From a virus (Duplodnaviria; Caudoviricetes): DNA of 39,031 nt. Shown in pieces: positions 18,015 through 27,581 of the stretch. Where the stretch lies: positions 1 through 39,031 of IMG/VR virus record IMGVR_UViG_3300005805_000006; one strand, given 5' to 3'. Every line of letters begins with the position of its first letter. The first letter of the stretch is position 1. Under the pieces are notes generated by a model that was given only the letters and a program-made list of their open reading frames with translations, was not told the DNA's origin and searched no databases. The position numbers and the translations under genes were made by a program.

Positions 18015-18043
18015 TAAACCAAACAACGAAAGGAAATCCGATT

Positions 18044-19711
18044 ATGGCTGAAATGCCACGCGCAACGGACCTATTTGGCGATGTATCGCCAGTAGAAGCC
18101 GCTCAGCGTCATGAGGAGTACCTTGCGACACTAGATAAGTCACTTAGCAATTCAAGCACCGTTCCAGGTCTTGCACCTAAGGCTGACCCAGTGTCCGCAT
18201 TGGAAGCACTTGCTTCAAACAAGTCGCTCGCTCCTGATGCAATGGCTGGACTTCAGAACGCACTTGCCGCACAAAGAGTTGCGATGCAAGACATTCAGAA
18301 GGAAATCACAACAACATCACCTCTATCAACATCATTTGCGGCGTTTGACTTGGAAGCACCTGCAAAGATGCTTACCCCTCGCCCAACACCTCTCCGCAAC
18401 AGAATCCCTCGTAAGAAGGGTGTCGGTACTTCACACCGTGTCAAGAGAATTCTTGGTTACACAGGTACAGGTACAGGCGGAGTTGGAAACCTATGGCCTG
18501 GAGTCACAGAAAGCACAACAAATTCATTTGGTTCACTCTCACTAGAGCGCGGACCTCAGATTTCTTATGCCGCTGATGATTTAGTATTGCCATACAACTC
18601 ATACTCACTATCTGACAGCGTGTCATTTGATGCGAACTTCTCAGGTCTTGGTTATCAGGACCTACGCCAACTATCTTCAACATCAACTCTTTATGCAACG
18701 ATGTTGATGGAAGAAAGAATGATGCTATTCGCAAGAGGAACCGCATCAGGTTATTCAGGCGCACTATCTGCACCAACCTTCACACTCGCTACACCAGTAG
18801 CAGGAGCAGGTCAGACCGCTCTTGCCGCTACAACTTATTATGTAAATGTAACCGCTGACGCAGGTATTTCTGCTAATGGTTTTGGAGAGTCAATTCTCGG
18901 AACAGAAGCAAACACCGTAGTTGCATCAGGTGATGTTCTTACTATCACTGTCGCTACCGCAGTTACAGGCGCACTCGGATACAACATTTATGTTGGAACT
19001 GCAACTGGAGCCGCAAATCTCAAGTATCAGGGAACCCTTAAAGGAACTGGTACCTTCACAATTCAGGGTGCTGGAACAACTGGTCTAACTGGCAACAATG
19101 CCGCGTTTACCACAACTGGAGCCGCCGCATCACGCGCATCATCAGATACTTCTGCTTATGCAACTGGTTATGACGGAATTCTTCCAACAGTTCTAGGACC
19201 AAACACAGGCGCACTAAGCACCATCAACAGCACATTCAGCACTGCTAACCCAGGCGTTGAATTCCAAAATGTATTTGCAACAATGTATGCAAATGTAAAG
19301 GCTGACCCTGACCTAGTGCTACTAAACGGAAATGACCGTAAGCAACTCTCTGATGCAATCAAGAGTGGCTCTACTGCCAACTACCGTTTGACAATTCAGG
19401 AACCAGGAAAAGATGGAGTCACTTACGGCTCTATCGTTACTGGACTTCAGAATGAAGTAACAGGAAAAGCAGTGGACCTAATGGTTCACCCATGGCTCAA
19501 CCAAGGTGTTGCGCCTGTACTTTCCTTCACATTGCCAATTCCTGATACTGAAGTATCAGATGTATGGGCAAACTTCATGGTCCAGGATTACATGGGTATT
19601 CAGTGGCCTGTCGTACAGTTCTCTTACGACTTCTCCACTTATTTCCGTGGAACCTTCTTCTGCACCGCTCCTGCATGGAATGGCGCAGTAAATGGAATCA
19701 TTCCTGCATAA
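18044..19711 (+). CDS. Major capsid protein with a large beta-rich insertion
   Basis: Position after the protease; strong GAAAGGA RBS; DLEAPAK...TPLRNRIPR motif; followed by a hairpin. Confidence 0.85.
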   Translation: MAEMPRATDLFGDVSPVEAAQRHEEYLATLDKSLSNSSTVPGLAPKADPVSALEALASNKSLAPDAMAGLQNALAAQRVAMQDIQKEITTTSPLSTSFAAFDLEAPAKMLTPRPTPLRNRIPRKKGVGTSHRVKRILGYTGTGTGGVGNLWPGVTESTTNSFGSLSLERGPQISYAADDLVLPYNSYSLSDSVSFDANFSGLGYQDLRQLSSTSTLYATMLMEERMMLFARGTASGYSGALSAPTFTLATPVAGAGQTALAATTYYVNVTADAGISANGFGESILGTEANTVVASGDVLTITVATAVTGALGYNIYVGTATGAANLKYQGTLKGTGTFTIQGAGTTGLTGNNAAFTTTGAAASRASSDTSAYATGYDGILPTVLGPNTGALSTINSTFSTANPGVEFQNVFATMYANVKADPDLVLLNGNDRKQLSDAIKSGSTANYRLTIQEPGKDGVTYGSIVTGLQNEVTGKAVDLMVHPWLNQGVAPVLSFTLPIPDTEVSDVWANFMVQDYMGIQWPVVQFSYDFSTYFRGTFFCTAPAWNGAVNGIIPA

Positions 19712-19725
19712 CAATTAAATAGTTA

Positions 19726-19762
19726 GAGAGAGTGCGGCATATTTGAAAAGTCGCACTCTCTC
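19726..19762 (+). terminator. Stem-loop after the capsid gene (terminator or mRNA stabiliser)
   Basis: GAGAGAGTGCGGC / GTCGCACTCTCTC form a 13-bp stem with one G-U pair; no U tract. Confidence 0.7.
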
Positions 19763-19778
19763 ATAACAAGGAGGCATC

Positions 19779-20057
19779 ATGGGTAGATTTGTTGCTCCTG
19801 ATAGGGGCGTAAAAGAAACAGTTATAGGCGGCAAAAAATATAACCCTGACAAGGGTGGTATCTACAATGTAGATAATGCTAATCATGGAGCCGCGATGAA
19901 GCGTGAAGGTTTTTTTGAAGCATCACTTAATCCTTATGCGCAAGGTGACTACCGTAGAGGTTTTAGTTGCGTACAATGTGGGTTTGATGGTTGGTTCCGC
20001 AAATGTGGGCGTTGTGGACATGAAAACGAATCACCCATAGCACGAGATGGAGAGTAA
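19779..20057 (+). CDS. Small head-region protein with a zinc ribbon
   Basis: CVQCG...CGRCG; AGGAGG RBS. Confidence 0.7.
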   Translation: MGRFVAPDRGVKETVIGGKKYNPDKGGIYNVDNANHGAAMKREGFFEASLNPYAQGDYRRGFSCVQCGFDGWFRKCGRCGHENESPIARDGE

Positions 20058-20059
20058 TC

Positions 20060-20941
20060 ATGGCAGTGGGCGTAACACCGCAAACAGGATTTAACGAACA
20101 ACCTTACATTACCTTAGCGGAATATAAGAACGCCCCGACCTCACTAGATTACAACAATTTAGTAGTAGGCGGAAATGCCAACGCGCAAGATGCGGAACTA
20201 TCTCGCGTAATTCTTCGCGCTACTTCATATCTAAATGAATATCTAAATCAAGATTTACATGCAAACCCTGTAACGGAAACACAGAGAGTACGCATGAGCG
20301 GCGAAGGTTATATTTATCTACACCCAAATAAGAATCCAATTATTTCTTTATCTGCCTTCCAATGGGGCAGTAGTCCTAACAATTTACAGACATTAAACGA
20401 CCCATCTCAATGCTGGTTTGAAAGCCAACAAATTGTTATCCCGCTGAGCCAAATCAACACAACCTATACAAGCGCAGGACCTCTTGCTTTTGGCTCTTAT
20501 GGTCCACGCATACCTTTATTTACTAAATACACCTACATTGCAGGATATGTAAACACTACTTGCACGGGAACTGCGGCAACATCAACTTTAACCGTTATCA
20601 ATGCTTCAGGTATTTTGCCAGGAGAAACATACAGAATTATTGATGGCGCTAATGCAGAGTCTGTAACGGTTGCATCAAATTACACCTACGGTTCCACAAC
20701 AGTACCTCTAACAGCGCCTCTTGCCCATACACATACAGGCGCAGGCTTTAGCAACATGCCTTTTGCAATCAAACAAGCCACCATTCTTATGACAAGCGCC
20801 TTTATCAAACAACGCGGTGATGCGTCTATGACCATGAATCTAACAACGCAACCAACGACAAACATTGGCAATAACCAGCGTTACGCGGGCGAAATTAAAC
20901 TTGCCCTAGATATGGTCAATCTCTATCGCAGGGTGCGTTAA
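20060..20941 (+). CDS. Head-tail adaptor with an inserted domain
   Basis: YITLAEYK...RATSYLNEYL...YIAGY...MPFAIKQAT...LYRR. Confidence 0.75.
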   Translation: MAVGVTPQTGFNEQPYITLAEYKNAPTSLDYNNLVVGGNANAQDAELSRVILRATSYLNEYLNQDLHANPVTETQRVRMSGEGYIYLHPNKNPIISLSAFQWGSSPNNLQTLNDPSQCWFESQQIVIPLSQINTTYTSAGPLAFGSYGPRIPLFTKYTYIAGYVNTTCTGTAATSTLTVINASGILPGETYRIIDGANAESVTVASNYTYGSTTVPLTAPLAHTHTGAGFSNMPFAIKQATILMTSAFIKQRGDASMTMNLTTQPTTNIGNNQRYAGEIKLALDMVNLYRRVR

Positions 20942-21429
20942 TGGGAGGGCGTGTTGGTGTACGGGATACACTGGCAAAATTCATAGCCAATCCCCCGATT
21001 GCTACACTCAATCAAGTATTTACTTCTTTTCCCAAGCGTATAAATTTTCAACTAAACGCTTTGCCAGGGCAAATGACCCGCTCTGCCTGCGTAGTTTTTA
21101 TAGCGCAAGAAAGAGAAAACCGACTAGCGATAGGCGGCGCACACAGTGGTTGGAAGCGTGTGGATTACACCGTAATACTTCAACTATATGTTCACTCATT
21201 GCATAGCAATTCAGAAGATGCCATGAGTGATTTTGATATTCTCGTAGATAACATCAAAGAACGGTTACGCAGTGACCATAACTTTGGTGATTCTACGGGT
21301 GTTCTAGTTTGGCAAGGTGCTGAGCCTGTCATTATTGGTCGTTACGGAGAACCCGCAACAAGCAATGAAGGCGCCACAGACATCTTCGCTGAGTTAGAAT
21401 TTGATGTTACAGAGATGATTCAAGCATAG
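20941..21429 (+). CDS. Tail terminator / completion protein
   Basis: Position and size; alternating beta/alpha pattern. Confidence 0.55.
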   Translation: MGGRVGVRDTLAKFIANPPIATLNQVFTSFPKRINFQLNALPGQMTRSACVVFIAQERENRLAIGGAHSGWKRVDYTVILQLYVHSLHSNSEDAMSDFDILVDNIKERLRSDHNFGDSTGVLVWQGAEPVIIGRYGEPATSNEGATDIFAELEFDVTEMIQA

Positions 21430-21437
21430 GAGCATGA

Positions 21438-21629
21438 ATGAAACTGACATATAAAGGAACAGAGGAGCGCGTGTTTCCCGCGTTTGGAGTCATCAAACCA
21501 GGTGACATTGTTGAAGCACCTGAAGGTTTTAGCCACCCTGACTTCATTGCAGGTGGCGCGGCAAAACCAGCACCAACCCCAACAGCAAACAAACCGTCTG
21601 CCGCGTCAGACATGAAAACAGGAGAGTGA
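21438..21629 (+). CDS. Small protein preceding the tail tube gene
   Basis: AGGAG RBS; VIKPGDIVEAP. Confidence 0.65.
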   Translation: MKLTYKGTEERVFPAFGVIKPGDIVEAPEGFSHPDFIAGGAAKPAPTPTANKPSAASDMKTGE

Positions 21630-21633
21630 ATAA

Positions 21634-22620
21634 ATGGCATTACAAGCATCGGTACGCTCATACCTTGGTATTGCTAAAGAAGCAACAAAAGGTACGCCAG
21701 TATCCGCAACTGATTTTATCCCAGTTGCAAAAGACGCACTAAAACCACAAGACATTATTGACCCGCTCTATGACCAAGGGCTACGCGGTTCCAATGTTTT
21801 GAATTACAACTATATCCCTGGTCGCACCCGCTCTACTTTTGATTTTGGTGGAGCAGTATTTATTGACACAATCGGTTACGCGCTCGCAGGAATTATGGGT
21901 TCTGTTTCAACAACAGGAGCAAGCGCACCATTCACGCACACCATTTCTTTACTTAACAGCACAACATCGGGCGCTGATGCACAACCAATTTCTTACACAC
22001 TAACAGATTTCTATGCTGTTGCTGTACGCCGCTATCCAGGTTGCCAGTTCTCTGATTTCTCATTGCGCTTTAATGCAGATGGAATGTTGGAGTATGACGC
22101 AAAAACAACTGGTTGGTTATCAAGCACTACATCAGACCCAACACCATCATTTAGCACATTGCTACCAACCCCAGTTTGGCGCGGTACAGTGAGCATCGGT
22201 GGTTCCGCTGTTTCAACAGCAATGACTGGAAACATTGACTTAACTCGCCCAGTCACACCTGTTTATGGAATCAGTGCTACTCAGAATCCTTACAACATCT
22301 TCCTTGGACCATTGGAAGTAACTGGAAAAATTACATTCCTCATGGAAGCAGACACAGAACTAACTCGCTTCCTCAATAACACTCAACCAGCCATTACTTT
22401 GAAGTGGAACTACGGCACGGGTGCTAATGAGGTCAATCTTGAAGCAACACTCACTAAGGGCGCATATACCGCCGCAGTGATTGAGCGCGGAGAAGATTTT
22501 GTACAAGTCACTATTGACCTAAATGCTCAGTCAAATACAACTGACGCAGGTTCAAGCGGTGGCTTTGCTCCTATTGAGTGGACATTACAAAACGCAAAGG
22601 CATCAGGAACCTACGCATAA
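21634..22620 (+). CDS. Major tail (tube) protein
   Basis: YLGIAKE.T.GT.V.AT.FIP N-terminus; position before the chaperones and tape measure. Confidence 0.85.
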   Translation: MALQASVRSYLGIAKEATKGTPVSATDFIPVAKDALKPQDIIDPLYDQGLRGSNVLNYNYIPGRTRSTFDFGGAVFIDTIGYALAGIMGSVSTTGASAPFTHTISLLNSTTSGADAQPISYTLTDFYAVAVRRYPGCQFSDFSLRFNADGMLEYDAKTTGWLSSTTSDPTPSFSTLLPTPVWRGTVSIGGSAVSTAMTGNIDLTRPVTPVYGISATQNPYNIFLGPLEVTGKITFLMEADTELTRFLNNTQPAITLKWNYGTGANEVNLEATLTKGAYTAAVIERGEDFVQVTIDLNAQSNTTDAGSSGGFAPIEWTLQNAKASGTYA

Positions 22621-22630
22621 CAAGGGCTCA

Positions 22631-22689
22631 GAACAGGGGCGATTTGGTTGATAGCGGTACGCCTTCCCCGCTATCCCACGCCCCTGTTC
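22631..22689 (+). ncRNA. Structured intergenic RNA: two-tier hairpin with an anti-RBS loop
   Basis: 11-bp outer stem (22631-41/22679-89), 8-bp inner stem (22650-57/22668-75), loop TACGCCTTCC. Confidence 0.6.
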
Positions 22690-22733
22690 CTCTGTAAGAT
22701 AGGTAGGAAGGCAAACAAAAAAACGGAGGCAGT

Positions 22734-23087
22734 ATGTCAAAAAAAGTAACACTACCATCAGGGCTAACAATCACATTAAAAGACGCTTCAAAGATTCGCT
22801 ATGGCGATAGAAAGCGTTTGTATCAGAGCATAGATATTGAGGGTTCAGATTTGATTCGCGCCATGGCAATGAATGATGCGCTCATTACTATGTTAATTGA
22901 AGAATGGTCATTAACAATTCCAGTGCCAGCAATTAAAAAAGAATCTATTGATGAATTAGAAATTGCAGATTATGACGCACTTGTAGAACATACAAAAGAG
23001 GCACAAAAGGCATTGTTCCCTAATTTGGCTGATACGCCTGAAAACGAGGCAGACCCAAAAGCGCCTTCAGAGAACTCCAACGGCTGA
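22734..23087 (+). CDS. Tail assembly chaperone (gpG-like)
   Basis: Position after the tail tube gene; slippery site near the 3' end. Confidence 0.8.
   Translation: MSKKVTLPSGLTITLKDASKIRYGDRKRLYQSIDIEGSDLIRAMAMNDALITMLIEEWSLTIPVPAIKKESIDELEIADYDALVEHTKEAQKALFPNLADTPENEADPKAPSENSNG
23054..23060 (+). other. Programmed -1 frameshift site C.CCA.AAA
   Basis: XXXYYYZ heptamer in the correct phase; the -1 frame stays open to 23287. Confidence 0.8.
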
Positions 23088-23287
23088 AATGGCTGATGGA
23101 GGGAGGCGAGCGCCATGAAGCGTTCACCTATCCTGATGAGCATTGGGTTTATTATGTTATGGCTGACAAGTTTGGGTGGACACCTGAACAAGTAGATAAC
23201 CTGCCAGCATCAACGGCAGATTGGCTGTTAGCAATAACAGGAATGGTTGAAACTGTGAGGGCAGATAGGTTGGATAAAGAGTTATGA
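23054..23287 (+). CDS. Tail assembly chaperone gpT-like extension (-1 frame)
   Basis: PKSAFRELQRLKWLMEGG...MADKFGWTPEQVDNLP, a typical gpT motif. Confidence 0.75.
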   Translation, partial: PKSAFRELQRLKWLMEGGERHEAFTYPDEHWVYYVMADKFGWTPEQVDNLPASTADWLLAITGMVETVRADRLDKEL

Positions 23288-23688
23288 CCGCACGCATAAC
23301 AATAACCAACCTGTCTGATGTCCTTGCAGGTTTTGATGCAACTGAAGATAAAATTGAATTAGCGGTGCAATACGCCATTGCTATGACAGGTTTAGCAGTA
23401 GAGCGACAAGCAAAAGTAAATGCCTCAGGTCGCCCTGGACCAAATGTGCGCACAGGTAATTTGCGCAGAAGTATTACGACATCTAGCGTGCAAAAAGGTT
23501 TCACTAATCTTTACAGCGTCAATGTATCTGCAACCATGATTTATGCGCGGGCTGTTGAATTAGGACACCCGAGATGGAAGCCAGGGGTAAAATATCCTTA
23601 CTTAGGACCAGCGGCAAGCAACTTGCAAGCCAATGGAACTTTGGCAAGAGTTTTTGTTACTAATTTAGCGTCTAGGTTAAGGGGATAA
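23284..23688 (+). CDS. HK97 gp10-like tail completion protein
   Basis: VRTGNLRRSI...YARAVELG...YPYLGPA. Confidence 0.85.
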   Translation: MTARITITNLSDVLAGFDATEDKIELAVQYAIAMTGLAVERQAKVNASGRPGPNVRTGNLRRSITTSSVQKGFTNLYSVNVSATMIYARAVELGHPRWKPGVKYPYLGPAASNLQANGTLARVFVTNLASRLRG

Positions 23689-23689
23689 A

Positions 23690-26600
23690 ATGGCAGACAT
23701 TCCTCCAATCCTGGTACAGATACAAGCAGATGTAGCGCAACTTAAATCAGGACTTGCCCAAGCCGAAGCATCATTAAAAGGTTTAGATGATTCAGTAGGA
23801 AAAACCAATAGTGTATTTGATGGTTTTGGCTCTAAATTAAAAACACTAGCCGCCACTATCGGTGTAACTTTTGCCGCTACTCAAGTAGTTTCATTCTTCA
23901 AACAATCCGTAGCCGCGGCACAAGAGGCAGAAGCGGTGCAAACTCGTTTGCGCACTATCTTGCTCAATACTGGCGGCGCAACAATGGAGCAAGTCAAGGC
24001 TCTAAATCAACAGGCTGAAGCATTAGAAAAAGTTGGCGTAGTTACAAAAGAAAATGTAACTATGACTCAATCACAACTTGCCACATTTGACTTGCAAGGC
24101 AAAACTATCAAGACCCTTACGCCTGCCATCTTAGATTATGTAACAGCGGAAAAAGGCGCAACTGCATCAACCGATGACTTCCGCTCCATGACCAATGGTT
24201 TAGCACAAGCGCTTAATGGCAACTTTGGCTCTCTCACAAGACAAGGTTTTGTGCTTACCGATGTACAAAAGAAATTACTCACAACAGGCAGTGAGTCAGA
24301 ACGAGCCGCGGCTTTAACTGAAATCCTAAATAGCACTTACAAAGATTTTAATAAGACACTTGCGCAAACCCCTGAGGGTCGCATGATTAAACTAAAAAAT
24401 GAGTTTGGCAGTCTAAAAGAAGAAATCGGGAGAGGTTTATTGCCTGTTTTTGAAAAGGTAATGCAAGTTTTATCCAAACAAGTTATACCTGCTTTACAAA
24501 AGTTAATTAAATTTATTAAAGACAACAGCGTAGAAATTAAAGTTTTTATTGGAGTCTTAGGCGCGGGGGCTATTGCGTGGGGTCTTTATACAGCGGCAGT
24601 TAAACGCGCAGAAATAGCGCAGAAATTATTAAACCTTGCGCAGAGAATGAACCCAATCGGTCTTATTATTACAGCGGTTGCGTTACTTGTAGCGGGAATG
24701 GTTAAGTTATTCAAAAGCAATGAAACATTCCGTAATGCTGTAATCACTATGGCTAAAGCCGCCTTGAATTCATTTGCCGCAATCATTCCTATTGTTGCTA
24801 GGCTGTTTGAAGCAATTATGAAAATATCTTCAGGTCCTTTGCGTCTATTGTTATTGGGGTTATCAAAACTTCCAGGTGTCGGTAAATTTGCTAAATCAGG
24901 ATTAGACGCAATCAATAAAGGCTTAGAAGGCATTTCTGATTTTGGCGATGCCGCATCAAAGAAGGCTAAGGAGTTAGCGGCTAACCTAGATAAGTTAGGC
25001 AAAGAAGCAGACAAAGCCAAAGACAAAGTAGATAAAGTAAAGAAAGACCCGTTTGCTGGTTCTAAAGACCCTAAAGGCGAGATGTCTAAAGAAGAAAAAA
25101 AGCGCCTAGAGCAAATAGAAAAATTACGCAAAAAAGAATATGACATTGCAGAGGCATGGCGTGAAGCAGAAGCAGAAGCACAAAAGGATATGGCTGAGGC
25201 TGTTGCCGCTCGTGATGAAAGAATTGCAGATGCTAAAGAGCGTCATGCAGAACGCGTTGCTGAACTTAATGAGCGTTATCAAGAACAAATGGCGGAGGCT
25301 GATGAACGCTTTGCTGAGGCTAAGGCTGACGCTGAGGACCGTCAAAGAAAAGCCGATGAGTCTGCACGCAAAAAACACGCTGAGGCAATCTTACAAATCA
25401 ATACCGCCTTTAGACGCAAAGAAACAGAACTGCTCAATGCTTACAACGACAAGAGAGCAAACCTAGAAAAGGCGGCAGAAGATAAGCGCCAAGATATTGC
25501 AAGAGAGGGCGCTAAAAAACTTACAGAGATTGTAGAAAAGAGCCGCGAACGCCTACGCTCTGCATGGCAAAGCGGTACTGAATTCAGCCTTTCAGATTTA
25601 TTTACAACAGCAAAAGATAAGGGCTTGGACATTGTTGCAACTCTCAGGGCGCAACTTACAAAAACTAAAGATTTCCAAAAACAACTTGGTGACTTAGCAG
25701 GCAAAGGTTACACACAGACATTTATTGAACAGATTGCTAAAGCGGGTCCTGAAGCAGGCATGGTCATGCTTGAGCAGATTCAAGAACTATCGCCTGAACA
25801 ACAGCGCGAACTACAAACCATGTATAACGCATTAGAAGATATAACTAATAGCGGCATGGATAAAATTGCAGAATCGCTATCTACAAACACAAATCTTGCC
25901 ACAATAGAATTGCGTGAGGCTTATACACAGGCGCAAAAAGATATTGCCGATGCACTAGCGCAAGTAAATTCAGATTTGAATACCAATCTTGCTGAAGCGC
26001 AAAAAGATTACGAATCTGCACTTATGGAGGCTAAACGCGTAAGAGATGAACAAATAGCAGATGCAGATAAGACACTCCTTGAAGCGCTTGCAAAGAGTCA
26101 GGCTGACCTAGAGGAAGCCATTGCCGATGCACGCAAAACATTAGATAAAGCACAAATTGAGGCAAAGAAACAATTAGACAAGGGATTAGAGGAAGCACAA
26201 AAGGCTCTTAATAAGGCTATTGAAGATGCCATGAAAGCATTTGAAAAAGCCATAGATGAAATCAATGAGCGCATGGCTAAGAAATTGGCTGACCTACAAA
26301 AGAAATTAGCAGAGATTGCGGCGGCATTAGCAAAATTAGGAAGCACGCCTGTTGTCAGTTTGCCAACAACAGCCGCTGTAACTCCTGTACAGGTTATTAA
26401 ACCTGCCGAATATGGCGGCGGCGTGCGGGTTACAACGAGCCCTACTATTGCAAGTACCGCGGCTAAATATGATAAGACAGAGGAACAAATAATTACAGCG
26501 GCGGCTAAAGCCGCTGTTGCCGCTGTTGGTGGCGTAGGAAATGTCACAATTAACGGTGTAAATCTAACTGACCCTGAAGGCACAGCGCAGGCTCTTGTTT

Positions 26601-26710
26601 CTGTTGTCAAATATGGTCAGACGGTACAGGTAGCAACAACGAAGAAATCAGGAGTTCAATTAACAGGTCTTGCCGCTTATCGTGCGGGAATTACGAGGTA
26701 TGCTGAATAA
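23690..26710 (+). CDS. Tape measure protein
   Basis: 1006 aa, Ala-rich and helical; NPIGLIITAVALLVAG hydrophobic segment; long coiled coil. Confidence 0.92.
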   Translation: MADIPPILVQIQADVAQLKSGLAQAEASLKGLDDSVGKTNSVFDGFGSKLKTLAATIGVTFAATQVVSFFKQSVAAAQEAEAVQTRLRTILLNTGGATMEQVKALNQQAEALEKVGVVTKENVTMTQSQLATFDLQGKTIKTLTPAILDYVTAEKGATASTDDFRSMTNGLAQALNGNFGSLTRQGFVLTDVQKKLLTTGSESERAAALTEILNSTYKDFNKTLAQTPEGRMIKLKNEFGSLKEEIGRGLLPVFEKVMQVLSKQVIPALQKLIKFIKDNSVEIKVFIGVLGAGAIAWGLYTAAVKRAEIAQKLLNLAQRMNPIGLIITAVALLVAGMVKLFKSNETFRNAVITMAKAALNSFAAIIPIVARLFEAIMKISSGPLRLLLLGLSKLPGVGKFAKSGLDAINKGLEGISDFGDAASKKAKELAANLDKLGKEADKAKDKVDKVKKDPFAGSKDPKGEMSKEEKKRLEQIEKLRKKEYDIAEAWREAEAEAQKDMAEAVAARDERIADAKERHAERVAELNERYQEQMAEADERFAEAKADAEDRQRKADESARKKHAEAILQINTAFRRKETELLNAYNDKRANLEKAAEDKRQDIAREGAKKLTEIVEKSRERLRSAWQSGTEFSLSDLFTTAKDKGLDIVATLRAQLTKTKDFQKQLGDLAGKGYTQTFIEQIAKAGPEAGMVMLEQIQELSPEQQRELQTMYNALEDITNSGMDKIAESLSTNTNLATIELREAYTQAQKDIADALAQVNSDLNTNLAEAQKDYESALMEAKRVRDEQIADADKTLLEALAKSQADLEEAIADARKTLDKAQIEAKKQLDKGLEEAQKALNKAIEDAMKAFEKAIDEINERMAKKLADLQKKLAEIAAALAKLGSTPVVSLPTTAAVTPVQVIKPAEYGGGVRVTTSPTIASTAAKYDKTEEQIITAAAKAAVAAVGGVGNVTINGVNLTDPEGTAQALVSVVKYGQTVQVATTKKSGVQLTGLAAYRAGITRYAE

Positions 26711-27573
26711 TGCCACAAGTCATTCAAAACTATTCATTCTCATTCAACGGTCAAGTGTTTGGCGGTGCAGGTTCTCCCTATCAAATTCTTTCCGTAGATG
26801 GATTAGAAGGTTTGCCAGGTATTCGCAATCAAGATGATAACCGCGGTTATGCAGATGGCATGTTTACAGGTCGTGATTTTCTTGCAGGCAGATACATCAC
26901 TATGAGCCTAAACATTACGGCATCATCAACAGCGAGCGCACAAGCCAATTTCAATACCCTTCAAAGGGCTTTATTGCCCCAAACAAGCGGCACAAGTCCT
27001 CTTTACTTCTTGTTATCTAGCGGAGAGGCTGAACAGGTCATAAACGCCCGTGTACGCTCTTTACGCTCTACCGTCAATCCTAATTACACCTATGGTTTAA
27101 TCATTGCGCAGGTTGATTTCTTCTGCCCTGACCCACGCTATTACGACAGCAATGAGCAGACCGCTACCTTGCTCTTTTCAGTTCCTTCAGGTCGTATCTA
27201 CAACCGTGTCTATAACTTAGTTTATGGTGGCGGCTCAGGAACAATTACAACAACAATTACAAATACAGGTTGGACAGATACCTACCCAACTATCACAATC
27301 AATGGACCTATCACTAACCCTGAGGTTGGCAACGCAACCCAAGGGGCGCAGTTACTTTTCAATGTTGTGTTAAGCAGTTCTGATGAATTTGTTATTGACC
27401 TCTATAACAAACTGATTACTTTGAATGGACAGCCTGCCCGTAATACTTTAATCTCAGGCGGTTCAGAATGGTTTTCAGCGCAACCTGGTAATAATTCCTT
27501 CTACTTTACGGGAGTCGGAACCTTAGCGGGAACGACTCAGGCTGTTGTAACATGGCAGTCTGCATACATTTAG
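26710..27573 (+). CDS. Distal tail protein (Dit-like)
   Basis: Follows the TMP; FFCPDPRYY, ITINGPITNP and PGNN motifs. Confidence 0.8.
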   Translation: MPQVIQNYSFSFNGQVFGGAGSPYQILSVDGLEGLPGIRNQDDNRGYADGMFTGRDFLAGRYITMSLNITASSTASAQANFNTLQRALLPQTSGTSPLYFLLSSGEAEQVINARVRSLRSTVNPNYTYGLIIAQVDFFCPDPRYYDSNEQTATLLFSVPSGRIYNRVYNLVYGGGSGTITTTITNTGWTDTYPTITINGPITNPEVGNATQGAQLLFNVVLSSSDEFVIDLYNKLITLNGQPARNTLISGGSEWFSAQPGNNSFYFTGVGTLAGTTQAVVTWQSAYI

Positions 27574-27581
27574 GAGCATAA

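Noticed and set aside
19726-19762. Third anti-RBS RNA after the capsid gene
   Set aside because: The loop ATATTTGAAAA has no convincing complement at any start region, so I treated it as a normal terminator or stabiliser.
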